Positions 11,813 to 25,000 of a stretch of DNA of 64,000 nucleotides are shown here, in pieces. Location: assembly GCF_006345805.1 (NCBI RefSeq), contig NC_043007.1:52328001-52392000 (forward strand), read 5' to 3'. This DNA is from Octopus sinensis. Its lineage: Eukaryota. The position numbers and the translations under genes are program-made. The notes under the pieces are model-generated. The model made no database searches. It was not told where the DNA came from and saw only the letters and a list, made by a program, of their open reading frames with translations. Every line of letters begins with the position of its first letter. Within the stretch, counting starts at the first letter, position 1.

Positions 11813-12948
11813 CTAGCTGGTGTACCCGGTAATTCCTGGAGGTAAAGATGTTCTATTGAAACGCCTTATTATTCTGATATAAGAAAACAATTTCGTTACA
11901 ACTGCCACAAAAGGTGTATTTTCCATCACAAAAATGTACAAAAAACTGTCAGCTGGAGGAGGGAGAGATTATTGGAGGTTGGCAAGAAAGATTGTTGGAG
12001 GTTGGTGAGAGAGGTCAGAGGTTGGCAAGAGGCAAAGACATTATTCTGCTTAGTGAAGGCATCTGGGAAATATATATCTGCTGTCATTCACAGAAAAACT
12101 ATTGTTTACTGTGAGAAAAGCACTGTTGAAGTGTTAAGTGAAATTTGTCAATCAAGAATCGAATCCACGCTATGCTTGCATGAAGCCACTACAAATACAT
12201 TGTGGAATAAAAAATTTATCTACTGTCATGGAAAAAGTGTAACTGTAAAAATTTTGGAGTAATAGGCATTCAAAAAGTATGTATGTATAGAAATGTATGA
12301 ATGAAGCCTTTAATGTTTAAGATTCAAATTAAGGAAGTGCAATAATAATGTTTAGCAGTTCAAACCTGTGAGTAGTGAAATGCAGAATTTGGTTGGCTGA
12401 TTGTGAGAATCAAATATTGTTCGCTTCACTAAAATCTGCAGGAGGTATGGGTTATTTCCCTTGGGTTGTTTAAATAAAATATTATTAATATGTAGTAGAT
12501 AGAAGGATCCATTGGAAGGGCCCTATTATCGATTTTTTTCAACAATCTAAGTATGCCATGAGGTTTCCAGACATGAGTTCTACTCACATGTCAAATAAAG
12601 TATAAAAGTGATACTGCAAACATTAGAAATAGGACACACAAAAAATCAATATTCAAAGTAGTTGAACATAAATAATGAAATGAGTTATTTCCCTAGAGTG
12701 TTTAAAAAGTATTGTACAGGTGCTATAGGTTATTTCCCTTGGGTGTTTAAAAAATTATTATATGCAGTAGATATATAGGTCCCTTCCAGGGGCCGTATTA
12801 TCGATTTTTCAACAATGTATGTCATGAGGTTTCCAGATATGAGTTCTACTCACGTGTCAAGTTTCATCAAAATCAATAAAACGATGTAGAGGAGTTAGCT
12901 AACAACGCCACAAACAAACACACACCAATTTTCCACATATGCAGTAGA
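11813..12948 (-). mobile_element. Non-autonomous Helitron-like element (another family)
   Basis: On the minus strand the 5' end is A|TCTACTGCATATG..TGTGTTTG and the 3' end is a degenerate GC hairpin plus CTAG|T at about 11812-11816. There is an internal duplication (12445-12600 vs 12725-12860). Confidence 0.5.
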
Positions 12949-13481
12949 TATATATAAGAATAAGGTGTGTGATGAGCATTTATAGAACATGTACCCTATA
13001 GAAACTCAACAAACAATTAAAGATGGAGAAGAGAATGTGTTAGAAGTTTTATAAAATTTTAATCCATGCATATGATTGTTTCGAACGGTAATATTAATGT
13101 GTAAGAAAGATGGAAAAATTAATTTAATTATAGTTATAATTAAATTAATTACATATTGCAGTTCTCCTCAGTACAAAAGAAGAATTCATCAAAAAGAATA
13201 TATCAGAAGAATATTATAGTGTTACAGAAGACTAGATGGAGTGAGTGTCACATAACATATTCGGATATTCATAATATGATTATGAAAGATGAAAGATAAA
13301 AGCATGCTTAGGTAGTGTTGAGTCTATTTGTGTATGAACTATAACTGATGCGGTTAACAGATATTTGGAAATATAAGTGAAAAATGTTTAAAAAACATTC
13401 TCTCTATATGAAGATAAGTAATTAAGTGATATACATTCCGTATAAAGTATTTATATACATATATATGTATATATATATATG

Positions 13482-13592
<111 letters not shown>

Positions 13593-13625
13593 TACGCGAG
13601 AAAGAAGCAACAAGAATGGATAGGT

Positions 13626-13716
13626 TTTTAGTACAATCGTTTCATACAAGGACAGGCTTTATTAAAAGTTGTAAAAATTACAGCATATAAACGTGTCCCG
13701 TACTCATCAGCTAAAA
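13626..13716 (-). ncRNA. Type I hammerhead ribozyme, apparently intact
   Basis: Minus strand: stem I TTTTAG/CTAAAA; CTGATGA; stem II GTAC-GGGACA...TGTCCT-T-GTAT; GAAAC-GATT-GTA. Predicted cleavage is between 13632 and 13631. Confidence 0.8.
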
Positions 13717-15175
13717 TACATGTGAGTTCTCTAGACATCCTAGTGGTTGAGGCTATACTCATGAAGTAATGTAGATAATTAAGTAACATAAACAGATTTC
13801 CAAAGTTCATTAAAGTTCTTTAAAGATGATGTACAGTCTTATCACAGAATTTTAAAAAAGTTCTAATAGCATCACAGAGAAGGTGACCTAATCCATAGAG
13901 CACATATGAATTTCCAGAGATATGATGAGGGATTACATACTCACAGAAGACAAATTTATCCATTGTTAATCACAACGAGGTGGGTCTCAATTCCTGCTTA
14001 TTAGCATTACAGAGAGGGTGAATTAATCCTTTGTATAGATGCACAATTTCCAATGGTGTAGATGTAAGTTTCCAGAGAAATGAAGAGGAATTTCATATTC
14101 ACAGGCGATAAATTTATCAATGGTTGAACACAATGAGGTAGGTATCAATTCTTGTTATATGATTAGGTATTTGCCACATTAATCACATTACTGCTATTTA
14201 CAAGAGGCTGTAGCTATTTAACTTTTAAAGGCTGAAGGGCTTTCTAGAGAGGCCAAGAATAGAAAGGGAAGGGAATAGAAGAAAAGAGAGAAAATAAAGG
14301 AAGAGGGAGCAAAAAAAGGGGGGGGAAGGGGACTAAAAGAGAAGAGAAAAGGAAAAAGAGAATAAAAAGAAGAAACAGAAAAAAGAGAAAAGAGAAAGAA
14401 ATAGGGAAAGAAGGGAAAAAATAAAAATAAAAAAGAGGGTTCTAGTTATACAGAAGAATTAGTAGACGGCAAGTCTGGTTTTAATTTACAGGCATCTAGG
14501 AACTAGAGGAGAATATTATTCTATGGCCAGTAAAACAGCTAATTTATTGCTGTTGAAATCAGCAATGAATTTAAAGAGAATCTAAAGAGATAACACAGTC
14601 AGGGGTTTAGGGGTCAGATGCTAAAATCAAAAGAAAATACATTAGGAAAATCTAAGTATAATCTTATCAAAAAGTCAATAAAACTTACTTATTTAATTTA
14701 TTCATTTTATTGTCTTAAGGAGTTGCCGTTATTATTCATACATTGACGGACTACAGGTCAAATCTTAGAAGATCATTTACAAGGTGTTAGGGGATTGTCT
14801 ATCATAATGAAGATAATCATATTATCACCGAGGGGGTAGCCTTATTTATTTAATTTTGAAATAGAATTATGGGGCTATAGTATCTCATTTTATTTTATTA
14901 GAGTTATGCTACTTAAATTAGATTAAGTTAGGAATTAAAATTAAAAATTACAATTAAGATTTAAAATTAAGAATTTAAAAATTATGAGTTTGAAATTAAA
15001 TAAAGCCTCAATTAAGCAGCATATAAGTACTATTCATTTCCCTGTTCTCAAAAAACTGATGCAGATATAAGGAAAAAGATAACTGTAGTGTGAGAACTCT
15101 TAGTTATCTACTTAAAGCAGTGCTATACTAGTAGAAATCAAGTTATATCTATCTATCTAGTTACGGATATTCTAA

Positions 15176-16652
15176 TCATTTAAAATATTTTAAAGTCTTC
15201 AATTTAGCGTGGACACAAACTTGACCTAGTTCGATATGATTATTCAATAAGTTTCTATGTTTTCTATGCTTTAGAATTTCATACGTCTCCATGGAGCATA
15301 GTTGGCAACCAACCCTACTATTTTTATACGGAATTGCTCTCCTAACTATTTCCCAATTAAGGTTATAATTTTTATTATTATTTTTGAGTTCCCAGATTTT
15401 GTTTGAAAGTGTGGTGGTACCAGCTTTATGACGTAATTTAAAAGACGAGATGTGATTTCTAACTCTGGCTAGAAAATTAATTGTACATCCAACGTAAAGA
15501 TATTTGTTATTCTCCGTGGATATGGTACATTTATAGATTACATTATTTTCCCCACATAGACCAGGTGCCGGGCATTTTGATTTTATTCTACACTTACACA
15601 CAGGAGGAGCAACTTCAGGCTTTGGATTATTCTTGGGTAGATGTCTTAGGTTCCTATTATTTTGATTATCATTTCTATAGTTGGTGCTGATATCTAAAGT
15701 ATTGCTATTATTTATTGATCCTTCAGCTTCATCATTTAGGTTTAAAGTCCTACCATGATTTCTTATATTATTGGTAATGTTACTATTATTGTTAGTCTTT
15801 TTATCCGACTGCATATTGCTGTTATAAATATCACTGATATTTTCATTCTCCTTATTTTCTCCATTAGCCTTATATCTATTATTTCTATTATTAACATTAT
15901 TACTTCTATTAATATCGGCATTGTTATTATTACTATTAATGTTAATGTTATTAGTCATTCTGTGGTTACTAATTTCACCTATGTTTTGATAGTTACTATT
16001 GTTGTTTTTATTGTTGGTAGTATTATTATAATTGCTATTGGTATTCATGCTGATATTATTATTTTTATTTCTATCTTTCCTGGCTAGTTTAATGTTTTTA
16101 TTATTAATCTTAGCTATTAAGTGGACATATTTGGGAGGGTTGAATAAGAAATCCTAACTGTTTTCCTAGATATAATTCTATGATATCTATGAGAGATAGG
16201 GAAATTTTTTTCCAGAATTACTTTGAATTTGTTCTGTATTGTATCGCACAGTTGAAAGGGATATTGTATCGCACAGTTGAAAGGGATATTGTATCGCACA
16301 GTTGAAAGGGATATTCAGCCATAATATATCTTTTTTATTAAATTTAGGGTTCGTAGAATTACTACTATTCATCTCACCGGAGTTATTGTATTTATTACCA
16401 TTATTTTTATTTTTATTTGTGTGCATCTTAGGTTTATCTACTTCAATATTATCCGAGTTACCTATGTTCTGGTCAATGCTTCTATTTGAATTGTTGGGCC
16501 TGTACGCTAGATTAGCGTTTACCATTAATTTAATTCTACTTTTATTTCGGGCTTGGTCTGTATTGCTGCTTACGTGATTACTGATAACTTCATTATTAGG
16601 AATACGTGAGTTCCCCTTATCAACGAATGTAATCTTTTGGTTGTATCCAGCC
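15176..16652 (-). pseudogene. Penelope RT-thumb to GIY-YIG endonuclease region, frameshifted, with Asn-rich expansions
   Basis: CKCRIKSKCP..NVIYKCTI..YVGCTINFLARVRNHISSF..LSNKIWELK..WEIVRRAIPY..CQLCSME (ORF 15176-16048) is typical of PLE GIY-YIG domains. Confidence 0.85.
16237..16315. repeat. Three tandem copies of a 25-bp unit inside the Penelope ORF
   Basis: tattgtatcgcacagttgaaaggga x3 (third copy ends in tattc); the unit is not a multiple of 3 and the frame shifts here. Confidence 0.9.
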
Positions 16653-16821
16653 TTCCATTCTTGTTGCTTCTTTCTCGCTTATAATCACCCCACATTACTG
16701 TATTGTTAAAACAGTATAGTTTTTTTTTTGGTGCATCTAAGTTAGGTACCATATTCAAGTAAATTCATTTAAATTAACTTGAATCTTTATTGCTTTTTGT
16801 ATATATATATATATTATATAT

Positions 16822-16854
<33 letters not shown>

Positions 16855-16995
16855 TTAAGTAGATGAATGAATTATCCTAGTATGGATAATTCGGTTAATC
16901 GATACCTGGGTAGCAAATTCACGTCAGTAAAACACGGTTGAAGTTACATGCCAAGGGCAGAACCCCGTGTTCGTGTGGAAATTTGTGTGTTTTTT

Positions 16996-17365
16996 TATAT
17001 GAATAAATGAAAAGAATGGAGTCGAACGAAGATTTTAACAAAATTCCTTTACTTATATGTTTCGAAGACTGCATACTCTTAATTCCGAAGGAATGAAGGT
17101 TGCATTATGCCGTCTTCTCATCAGGAAATACAAGGAACCTCTATCAGCCTCAAGACGAACAAAAGCTTCTTAATGACTGCCTACATGGTTTCCACAGTGG
17201 AAGCTTTTGTTCATCTTGAGGCTGATAGAGGTTCCTTGTATTTCCTGATGAGAAGACGGCATAATGCAACCTTCATTCCTTCGGAATTAAGAGTATGCAG
17301 TCTTCGAAACATATGTCGAAAGTAAAGTAATTTTGTTAAAATCTTCGTTCGACTCCATTCTTTTC

Positions 17366-17378
<13 letters not shown>
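16996..17378. repeat. About 380-bp near-perfect palindrome made of two inverted hammerhead cassettes
   Basis: Arms are 16996-17169 and 17200-17378, with a 30-nt loop. Confidence 0.9.
17241..17321 (+). ncRNA. Type I hammerhead ribozyme, apparently intact
   Basis: TTTC-CTGATGA-GAAGAC(G)GCATA...TATGC(A)GTCTTC-GAAAC-ATAT-GTC-GAAA. Helix III is the palindromic ACATATGT and the cleavage triplet is GUC at 17315-17317. Confidence 0.8.
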
Positions 17379-18071
<693 letters not shown>

Positions 18072-18080
18072 TACACACAC

Positions 18081-18123
<43 letters not shown>

Positions 18124-18773
18124 GAAAGAGAGACACAGAAAGAGGAGAAGAGCAGTTAAAAAACTTTATCTCCATGTGTGTTGAATGATCAATGTTTAAA
18201 TAAAACATCGACAGTTCTCTTTGATACGAAATGATGTAAGGCAGGCGAAATGAATTAAGTCTGTTTTAAAGTTAGCGTGGTTAATACAGGACTAGTTTCA
18301 TGTTTAATGTACAAATTAAATAAATGATATGCAAGGAATAGCTACGAGTTGGGAGGCTGCAGGTGATGTGTGTGCGCACGCAGTTCTTTGCTGGAAATGA
18401 GATGGTATCATTTGATGTTTACAATGGTTCTCAGGGCTCTGCTATTGAAGCTGTCGATCCGCTTTGCCTGAGACTTCGAGAGGGGTCATGTTTCTGCTCC
18501 ATAAAGGAGAATGGAGGGGACTAATGTGTTGTAGATGCGGTGTTTCATCTTGCGGGAGATAGAGCAGTGGCGCCAAAGAGGCTTTCATAGGGCATACATG
18601 ACCCCAGCGGCCAGACCACATTTGCGGGAGTCCTTTTTTGTTTTTCATTTCTCTGGAACTTATAGAATAAGCATCATTCATGTTGTGGGAGTGATTTCCA
18701 GAGTCAACTATTCCTTTCTTCAAATTTTAAGGAATTGTGCTATGACGAAACCTTTAAAAAAAATAGGCCAGTG

Positions 18774-19534
18774 GGATCTTTTCCTTTTGAACGGCACTTT
18801 GTAACATAATTTCTAGGTAACTAAAAAGTTTAAAAATTCGTATACTGGTAGAATGTGTTTATAAAACACCATTTTCTCTTGGCTTTATTGAGAAAATTCT
18901 ATAGGTTGTAAGATATTTCGTCTGAAATTTCTTGCATTTTGGCAATTTTAACCAAACACTAGCGTCCATTGACATAAATAGCATTCTGTGAATAATGAAT
19001 ATGTCCCTCCTTTAAGAAACAGATTGGGTTTATTTACATTTGTGAGGAAAAAAGATACCCTTACCCCACCCCTAACCCTAACCCTAAATCTAAAATAGAT
19101 TGAAATGCAATAGATCGATACTAGGGTTATAATTACGGGTGACAATTTCATACGACACCGCTACGGAAAATGGGATTTTTTCTAGCGGTGTCAAATGAAA
19201 ATGTCACCCATAATTATGGCTCTAGTCTCGATCTGTTGCATTTCAATCTATTTTAGATTTAGGGTTAGGGGTTGAGGAAGGGTATCTTTTTTCTTCACAA
19301 ATGTAAATAAACCCAATCTGTTTCTTAAAGGAGGGACATATTCATTAAGCACAGAATGTTATTTACCTTAATGCAAGAAATTTCAGACGAAATATCTTAC
19401 AACCTGTAGAATTTTCTCAATAAAGCCAAGAGAAAATGATGTTTTATAAACACATTCTACAAGTATACAAAGTTTAAAACTTTTTAGTTACCTAGAAATT
19501 ATGTTACAAAGTGCCGTTCAAAAGGAAAAGATCC
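18774..19534. mobile_element. 761-bp fully palindromic MITE/foldback with GG...CC ends and 8-bp TSD
   Basis: TSD GGCCAGTG at 18766-18773 and 19535-19542. The arms pair to a loop at about 19164-19182 and contain CCCTAA/TTAGGG repeats. Confidence 0.9.
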
Positions 19535-19926
19535 GGCCAGTGACATCAACAAAAATAGTTAGAACGTTAGACAATATTTTGCACAACATGGTATTCAACT
19601 CTCGAAGTTCAAATCCCATCTAAGTCAACTTTGCATTTCATTTTCCGAGCTCTATAAAATAAGTATCATAGTATTTTGACTGTATAAATGATGTTTTAGA
19701 AGGAACATCAACCAAAACAGGATTTGAAAATTACAGCGGAGATCAAAGAGTTATTTCCCTTCTTTAATGTTGTTCTTGCTTATCTCCCTTGAATCATGGT
19801 GTAATTTCTTGTTCGATAATATCTGTAGTCTAGTTTAATGATAACTAAAACAAATTATAAATTTCATTCAGGTGCACAGAAAATCCTCGAACTTTTGTTA
19901 AAATGTTAATGATATCTGATATAAAT

Positions 19927-22445
19927 GGTTAATATAGGGCGTTACGATTATCAGAAAATCAAAAAAAAAAAATGTGTGTAATAGGTGTAAAACAACTTCC
20001 TATGAACGAATATGAAAAAAAAAATTCGCGCACGCGAAAGGGGGGTGGGGGAGAGGCCTCGGAAATTTCACATCGGGAAGTTCCGAAAGCGTCTGAGGGG
20101 CTGACCCGGGCACCAAAACAAAAAAAAAAATAGTGTAATATGTGTAAAACAACTTGCTCTAAACGAATATGACAAAAAAAAACGCTCTCGCGAAAAAGGG
20201 GTGGGGGAGAGGCCTCGGAAAATTTATATCGGGAATTTCCGAAAGCGTCTGAACCGGGCACAAAAACAAAAACAAAAACAGCGTAATATGTGTAAAACAA
20301 CTTGCTCTAAACGACTATCATGAAAAAAATGCGCGCTCGCGAAAGGGGGGTGGGGGAGAGGCCTCGGAAATTTCACATCTTCAGTCCACGGCCTTTAAAC
20401 TAAGAAAAAATAGTGTAATTGGTGTAAAACTACTTGTTCTAAACGAGTATCAAGAACACACACTCACACATGAATCATAAACTCCGTATTTTTGTACATA
20501 TTTCGCAAAAAAAAAAAAATAAAGAGAAGAAATTCTGGAAAAAGTGAAGAAATGTTGGATCTCATTCCTTGGTTAAAGCTATTTTAAACATTAAATTTAT
20601 GCTTTTCTTTGAAATAGTTCAGATATATGCAATTCTTCTCACTTATTAAGATGCATTTAAAGAGACAGAAAAAATAATTATTTTGTGTCAATCCTTCCCT
20701 AATTATCCTTTATTAATTAGTTTTGGCGTGTATTTTTTTCCCAAATTCATTTTTTCACCTTACAACACTGTTTAGTAAAGCAATTAATTATCTTTATACT
20801 TTGCATATTTGACTTATTAATCAAAATTCTCTAGATAAATATGCAGACGACATCAAGCTGTACCTTGAAATCAAGAGGACTGATCCTGATGTCTACAGCT
20901 CTTTCCTGCAATCAGACCTAGACACAATGCAGCAATGGATCACAGACTGGCAACTGAAACTGGCTGTGGACAAGTGTACCACCATGCATTTTGGGAGAAA
21001 AAACCCTGCGTCCACATACTCCCTCCACAACACTGATATCAAGAAATCCTCTTGCGAGCGTGACCTAGGCATCACTGTCAGCAGTGATTTGCGTTGGACA
21101 AAGCATATCTCTAAAATTGTCAAGAAGGCCGAGGGTGTCTTGGCATCACTCAGCAACACTTTTGTTAGCCGCTCTCCAGCCATCTATTTAAAACTGTATA
21201 CAGCTATGGTACGACCACAATTGGAATTCGCATCATCAGTTTGGAATCCCTATCTTGCTCAGAACATTGACCTCCTGGAATCTGTCCAGAGACGTGCAAC
21301 CAAACGCATACCCTCCATCAGACACCTACCATATTCTGAGCGCCTTGTTTCCCTGGGCATGGATTCACTGAAGCTCCGGCGTCTGGCGACGGACTTGGTA
21401 AACACCCACAAGGTTATCAACCACCTCACCAACAACAACACTGAACACCTTTTTGATCTCCATGTGTCTAACACACGTGGACATGCCTACAAAGTCAGAA
21501 AACAGCACAGCTCCCATGACTTTCGGAAACATTTTTTCACGCTCAGGGTTGCTGAAGCGTGGAATAAACTGCCTGCGTCAGTTGTTGACTGCCATGACAC
21601 TGCATCCTTTAAGGCCCTCATGCTTTACGAAATCCGCCGAAACTACACCTGATTATATATACACTTTAGATGAGTTGTAGTGCACCTGAGCACTGTACAC
21701 AATTATTATTATTATATTATTATTATACTAAGTAATGCATCCTTCATTTATGTGTTCCGTTCTGTATTATGTATGCGTGACTGTATGTAAGTGTGTTTAA
21801 CTGTGCACATGAATGTGAATATTAAAGAACATATTTATTTACTATGATTGTTATTTTCAGAACAAATAAATCTTTTGGCTGTTATGTTATTGATGTTATT
21901 ATTATTGCTAGTTAAAGGGTGGTGACTTGGCTGAATATTTTGAGTCTTGTAGTATGTAGTTGTGTTAGTCAATATTCTGAGTTCAAATCCAACTCATTTC
22001 TTTATCATCATTGTCGATGGACCACTCAAAGAGGTATGTATACATCATCATTTTCGTAACATAATTTCTGTAGTATTTCAAGATGTTTCTAACACGTATT
22101 TTGATTCACATGGCGGAGATCCAACATTTCTTCACTTTTTCCAGAATTTCTTCTCTTTATTATTTTTTTTTTTGCGAAATATGTACAAAAATACGGAGTT
22201 TATGATTCATGTGTGAGTGTGTGTTCTTGATCCTCGTTTAGAACAAATAGTTTTACACCAATTACACTATTTTTTCTTAGTTTAAAGGCCGTGGACTGAA
22301 GATGTGAAATTTCCGAGGCCTCTCCCCCACCCCCCTTTCGCGTGCGCGAAATTTTTTTTTCATATTCGTTCATAGGAAGTTGTTTTACACCTATTACACA
22401 CATTTTTTTTTGATTTTCTGATAATCGTAACGCCCTATATTAACC
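19927..22445. mobile_element. Long-TIR non-autonomous DNA transposon (GGTTAA ends) with modular TIRs and 8-bp TSD
   Basis: TSD ATATAAAT at 19919-19926 and 22446-22453. Arms are 19927-20563 and 22116-22445; the left arm has two extra modules of about 150 bp. Confidence 0.85.
20845..21725 (+). mobile_element. 5'-truncated CR1/L2-type LINE (3' end of ORF2) with (TAT)n tail
   Basis: ORF 20927-21652 includes MVRPQLEFASSVWNPY and FFTLRVAEAWNKLP. It is nearly identical to 38040-38930. Confidence 0.9.
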
Positions 22446-22517
22446 ATATAAATTATAAATTTCATTCTCTTGCACAACAAAGCCTCGAACTTTTGTTGAT
22501 GTTAATGTAATTAAATC

Positions 22518-23184
22518 GGTAAATATAAAGATCCTCACCCGTTAACGAAAACAAAACAAAAAATCCTGCTGGATATTAACAACTGTGTAGTAAACGAATA
22601 CGAAAATAAAAATTTGTGCAAACGAACCTGGATTGGGGGTGGGGAGAGGACTTTCGGAAAATTCACAAGATCAGATTTTTCCCTCATAACTTTCAGGAAA
22701 ATGGATATTTTCAAAAATCGCAAATTCAAAATTTCAAAAGAGCTTGCTGTTATATTTGCGCTCATATTTTTTGTAACTTTCAAAAAAAAAAAAAAGAAAA
22801 GAACACTGTCATATTATTGCGGGAAATTACTCTGAAAAAGAAATCATTGCAGAAAGGTGAGTAGATTGATTACATGTTTCTTTCATCATGTTATCACAGT
22901 TTTGTGAGATTTGGCTGTTATTTCTAGCATGTGGATAGCCTACTTGAAGGCCAAGACCGTAGAATTGGAAGGGGAGGGTGTTGGAGTTTTGTTTTCAGTA
23001 TATCATTTTCCTGAAGGTTCTGAGGGAAAGATTGAATCTCGTGAATTTTCCAAAAGTCCTCTCCCCGTCTCTAGGTTCATTTGTGCAACTTTTTTTTCTC
23101 ATATTCGTTTTCTACACAGTTGTTAACACCTAGCGGGCTGGGTTTTTATATTTTCATTAAGGGGTGAGAATCTTTATATTGACC
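22518..23184. mobile_element. Long-TIR MITE of the same group (GGTAAA...TTGACC) with 8-bp TSD
   Basis: TSD ATTAAATC at 22510-22517 and 23185-23192. Arms are about 22518-22675 and 23031-23184. Confidence 0.8.
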
Positions 23185-23849
23185 ATTAAATCTATTCAAG
23201 CACATGTCTTATACATATATAGTTGGATAGGTTGTATTCCACCTAATGTGACTATTCAGAAGGCTGTAATATCATTTGACAAGAACACAGTATAAAGAAA
23301 TACATGGAACAAGGTGGTAACTTTAAGTGTCATTAATGCCGGCCACACGTATATATATATAAGCTGAATGATAAATGGAAATGGTTGATGGACATTTATT
23401 CATATATCTACATGCATCTGTGTGGGTTGTATGTTTGCTGTTAACTCTGGTGAGGAAGCTCACGAACAGCGATATGTTAGAACCTGTGCAGTGTTGTCGG
23501 TGCTGTGTAAAGATGTTGTTGACGACGTTGGTGAGAGACATGATGGTGGCGACGAAGATGGAGGTCGCTGTAATGTGGTCAGTGGTTAGACCTTAGAAGG
23601 TCTGAAACCAACAGACCCCCAAGACTAGGAGGGGGTGCGTTTTTATAGGTAACAGTAGGCTCAAATGGAGTTTAGAACAGACTGTCTCACATGATTTATT
23701 TGGAGGCTGCGATTGGTTTGTTTGCATATTGGAGTAAGAGACAAATTGCGCCAATACCAAACAATCAGAGTGATAGACACAACGGGGTCCAAAATAGCGT
23801 CCAAAGGTTAGCTGTTACCTGTTACATTCATATGTATGTATATATATTC

Positions 23850-23885
<36 letters not shown>

Positions 23886-24547
23886 GAGAGAGGAAGTTCA
23901 CTAGAGTTCACTACACATATTTTATCAACTCCAATGGATCTAGACCTTGCAGATCTTGTTATTTTCTTTCACATAATGGCATTAAATATTGAATATCCAT
24001 TAAATATTGACCATTTTAATTCCTCATGTATAAATGGTATATGATTTTAAGTGACATTGCAAAATCATTTAGATCTCGAAAGAATGTAATTTTCTGTTCT
24101 GAAAAAACGTTTCTTGTTCTTTTCTTCACATTTGCAACAGTTCTCTGACTGTGACAACTAAATGACTGAGATATATTACAAATGACAGAGCATTTTTGTT
24201 CGACTTCCTTAAAACAGCAACTCAATCTTCCTAATAACACGCTATAACTTTTGCGGATAATGTTGTTCTTAATATAGTGGTGTGATGGTAACGGCTGGGA
24301 TGCTTCTTAAGATAATTCTTTTCAACCTTGGCTGAAACAACAACAGTTGTAACCCATGAACTACTTTATATGGTCAGTCGTTCTGCTAGAAATAGCTGCC
24401 AAATATTCCTTAAATCATATCCAACTGTCTTAACAGATACTGGATAATGTCATAGATACTATGTCAGATGGGATAGTCAAGATTTGAACACCTTTCACTA
24501 CTGTTTTATTCATAATGGCTGCACCAAACTGATAGATAAGTGAGCAC

Positions 24548-24965
24548 ACTGCTACACCTTTGGTACCCAGGTGATCATACTGATACCTAGGCGACCATAC
24601 TACTACACTGGTGATCACAAAGTTACCTTGGTGACCATACTGGTACTTAGGTAACCAAACTAGTACATTGGTGAGAGCACTGATATCTCATTGATGACAA
24701 TGAGACCTTAGTGACCATACAGGTACGTAAGTAACTGCACTATGACCTAGGTAACCATGCTGGTATCTTGGTGGCCACACTAGCACCTAGATGTTCACAC
24801 TGGCACTGTGGTGATCACACTTGTATTGAGGTGATCATCCTGGTACCTTGATCACCACACTGGTACATTGGTGAACATATTGGTACCCCAGAGATTGCAC
24901 TGTATCTAGGTGACCAAACTAGTACCTTGATAAACACTCTGGTACATTGATAACTACATTGGTCT
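24548..24965. repeat. Degenerate 20-bp minisatellite (about 20 copies)
   Basis: Units such as taccttggtgaccatactgg, tacccaggtgatcatactga and tacttaggtaaccaaactag. Confidence 0.8.
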
Positions 24966-25000
24966 TTTCAGAAATTTTCCCCAAATATTTTTATTGAATA

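Larger units (their letters stand above)
13596..16679 (-). mobile_element. 5'-truncated Penelope-like element with long 3' region, hammerhead, and inverted terminal 25-mer
   Basis: Reading KAGYNQKITFVD..WLNIPFN..FKVILEKNFP..VRISYSTLPNM leads into a GIY-YIG domain. The 25-mer tccattcttgttgcttctttctcgc occurs on opposite strands at the two ends. Confidence 0.75.

Noticed and set aside
19070-19272. Chromosome end or telomere fusion suggested by inverted TTAGGG tracts
   Set aside because: The tracts have only 2-3 units and lie inside a TSD-flanked palindromic transposon.
24548-24965. CRISPR-like appearance of the 20-bp repeat array
   Set aside because: The units are contiguous and degenerate, there are no unique spacers or cas genes, and the context is eukaryotic.
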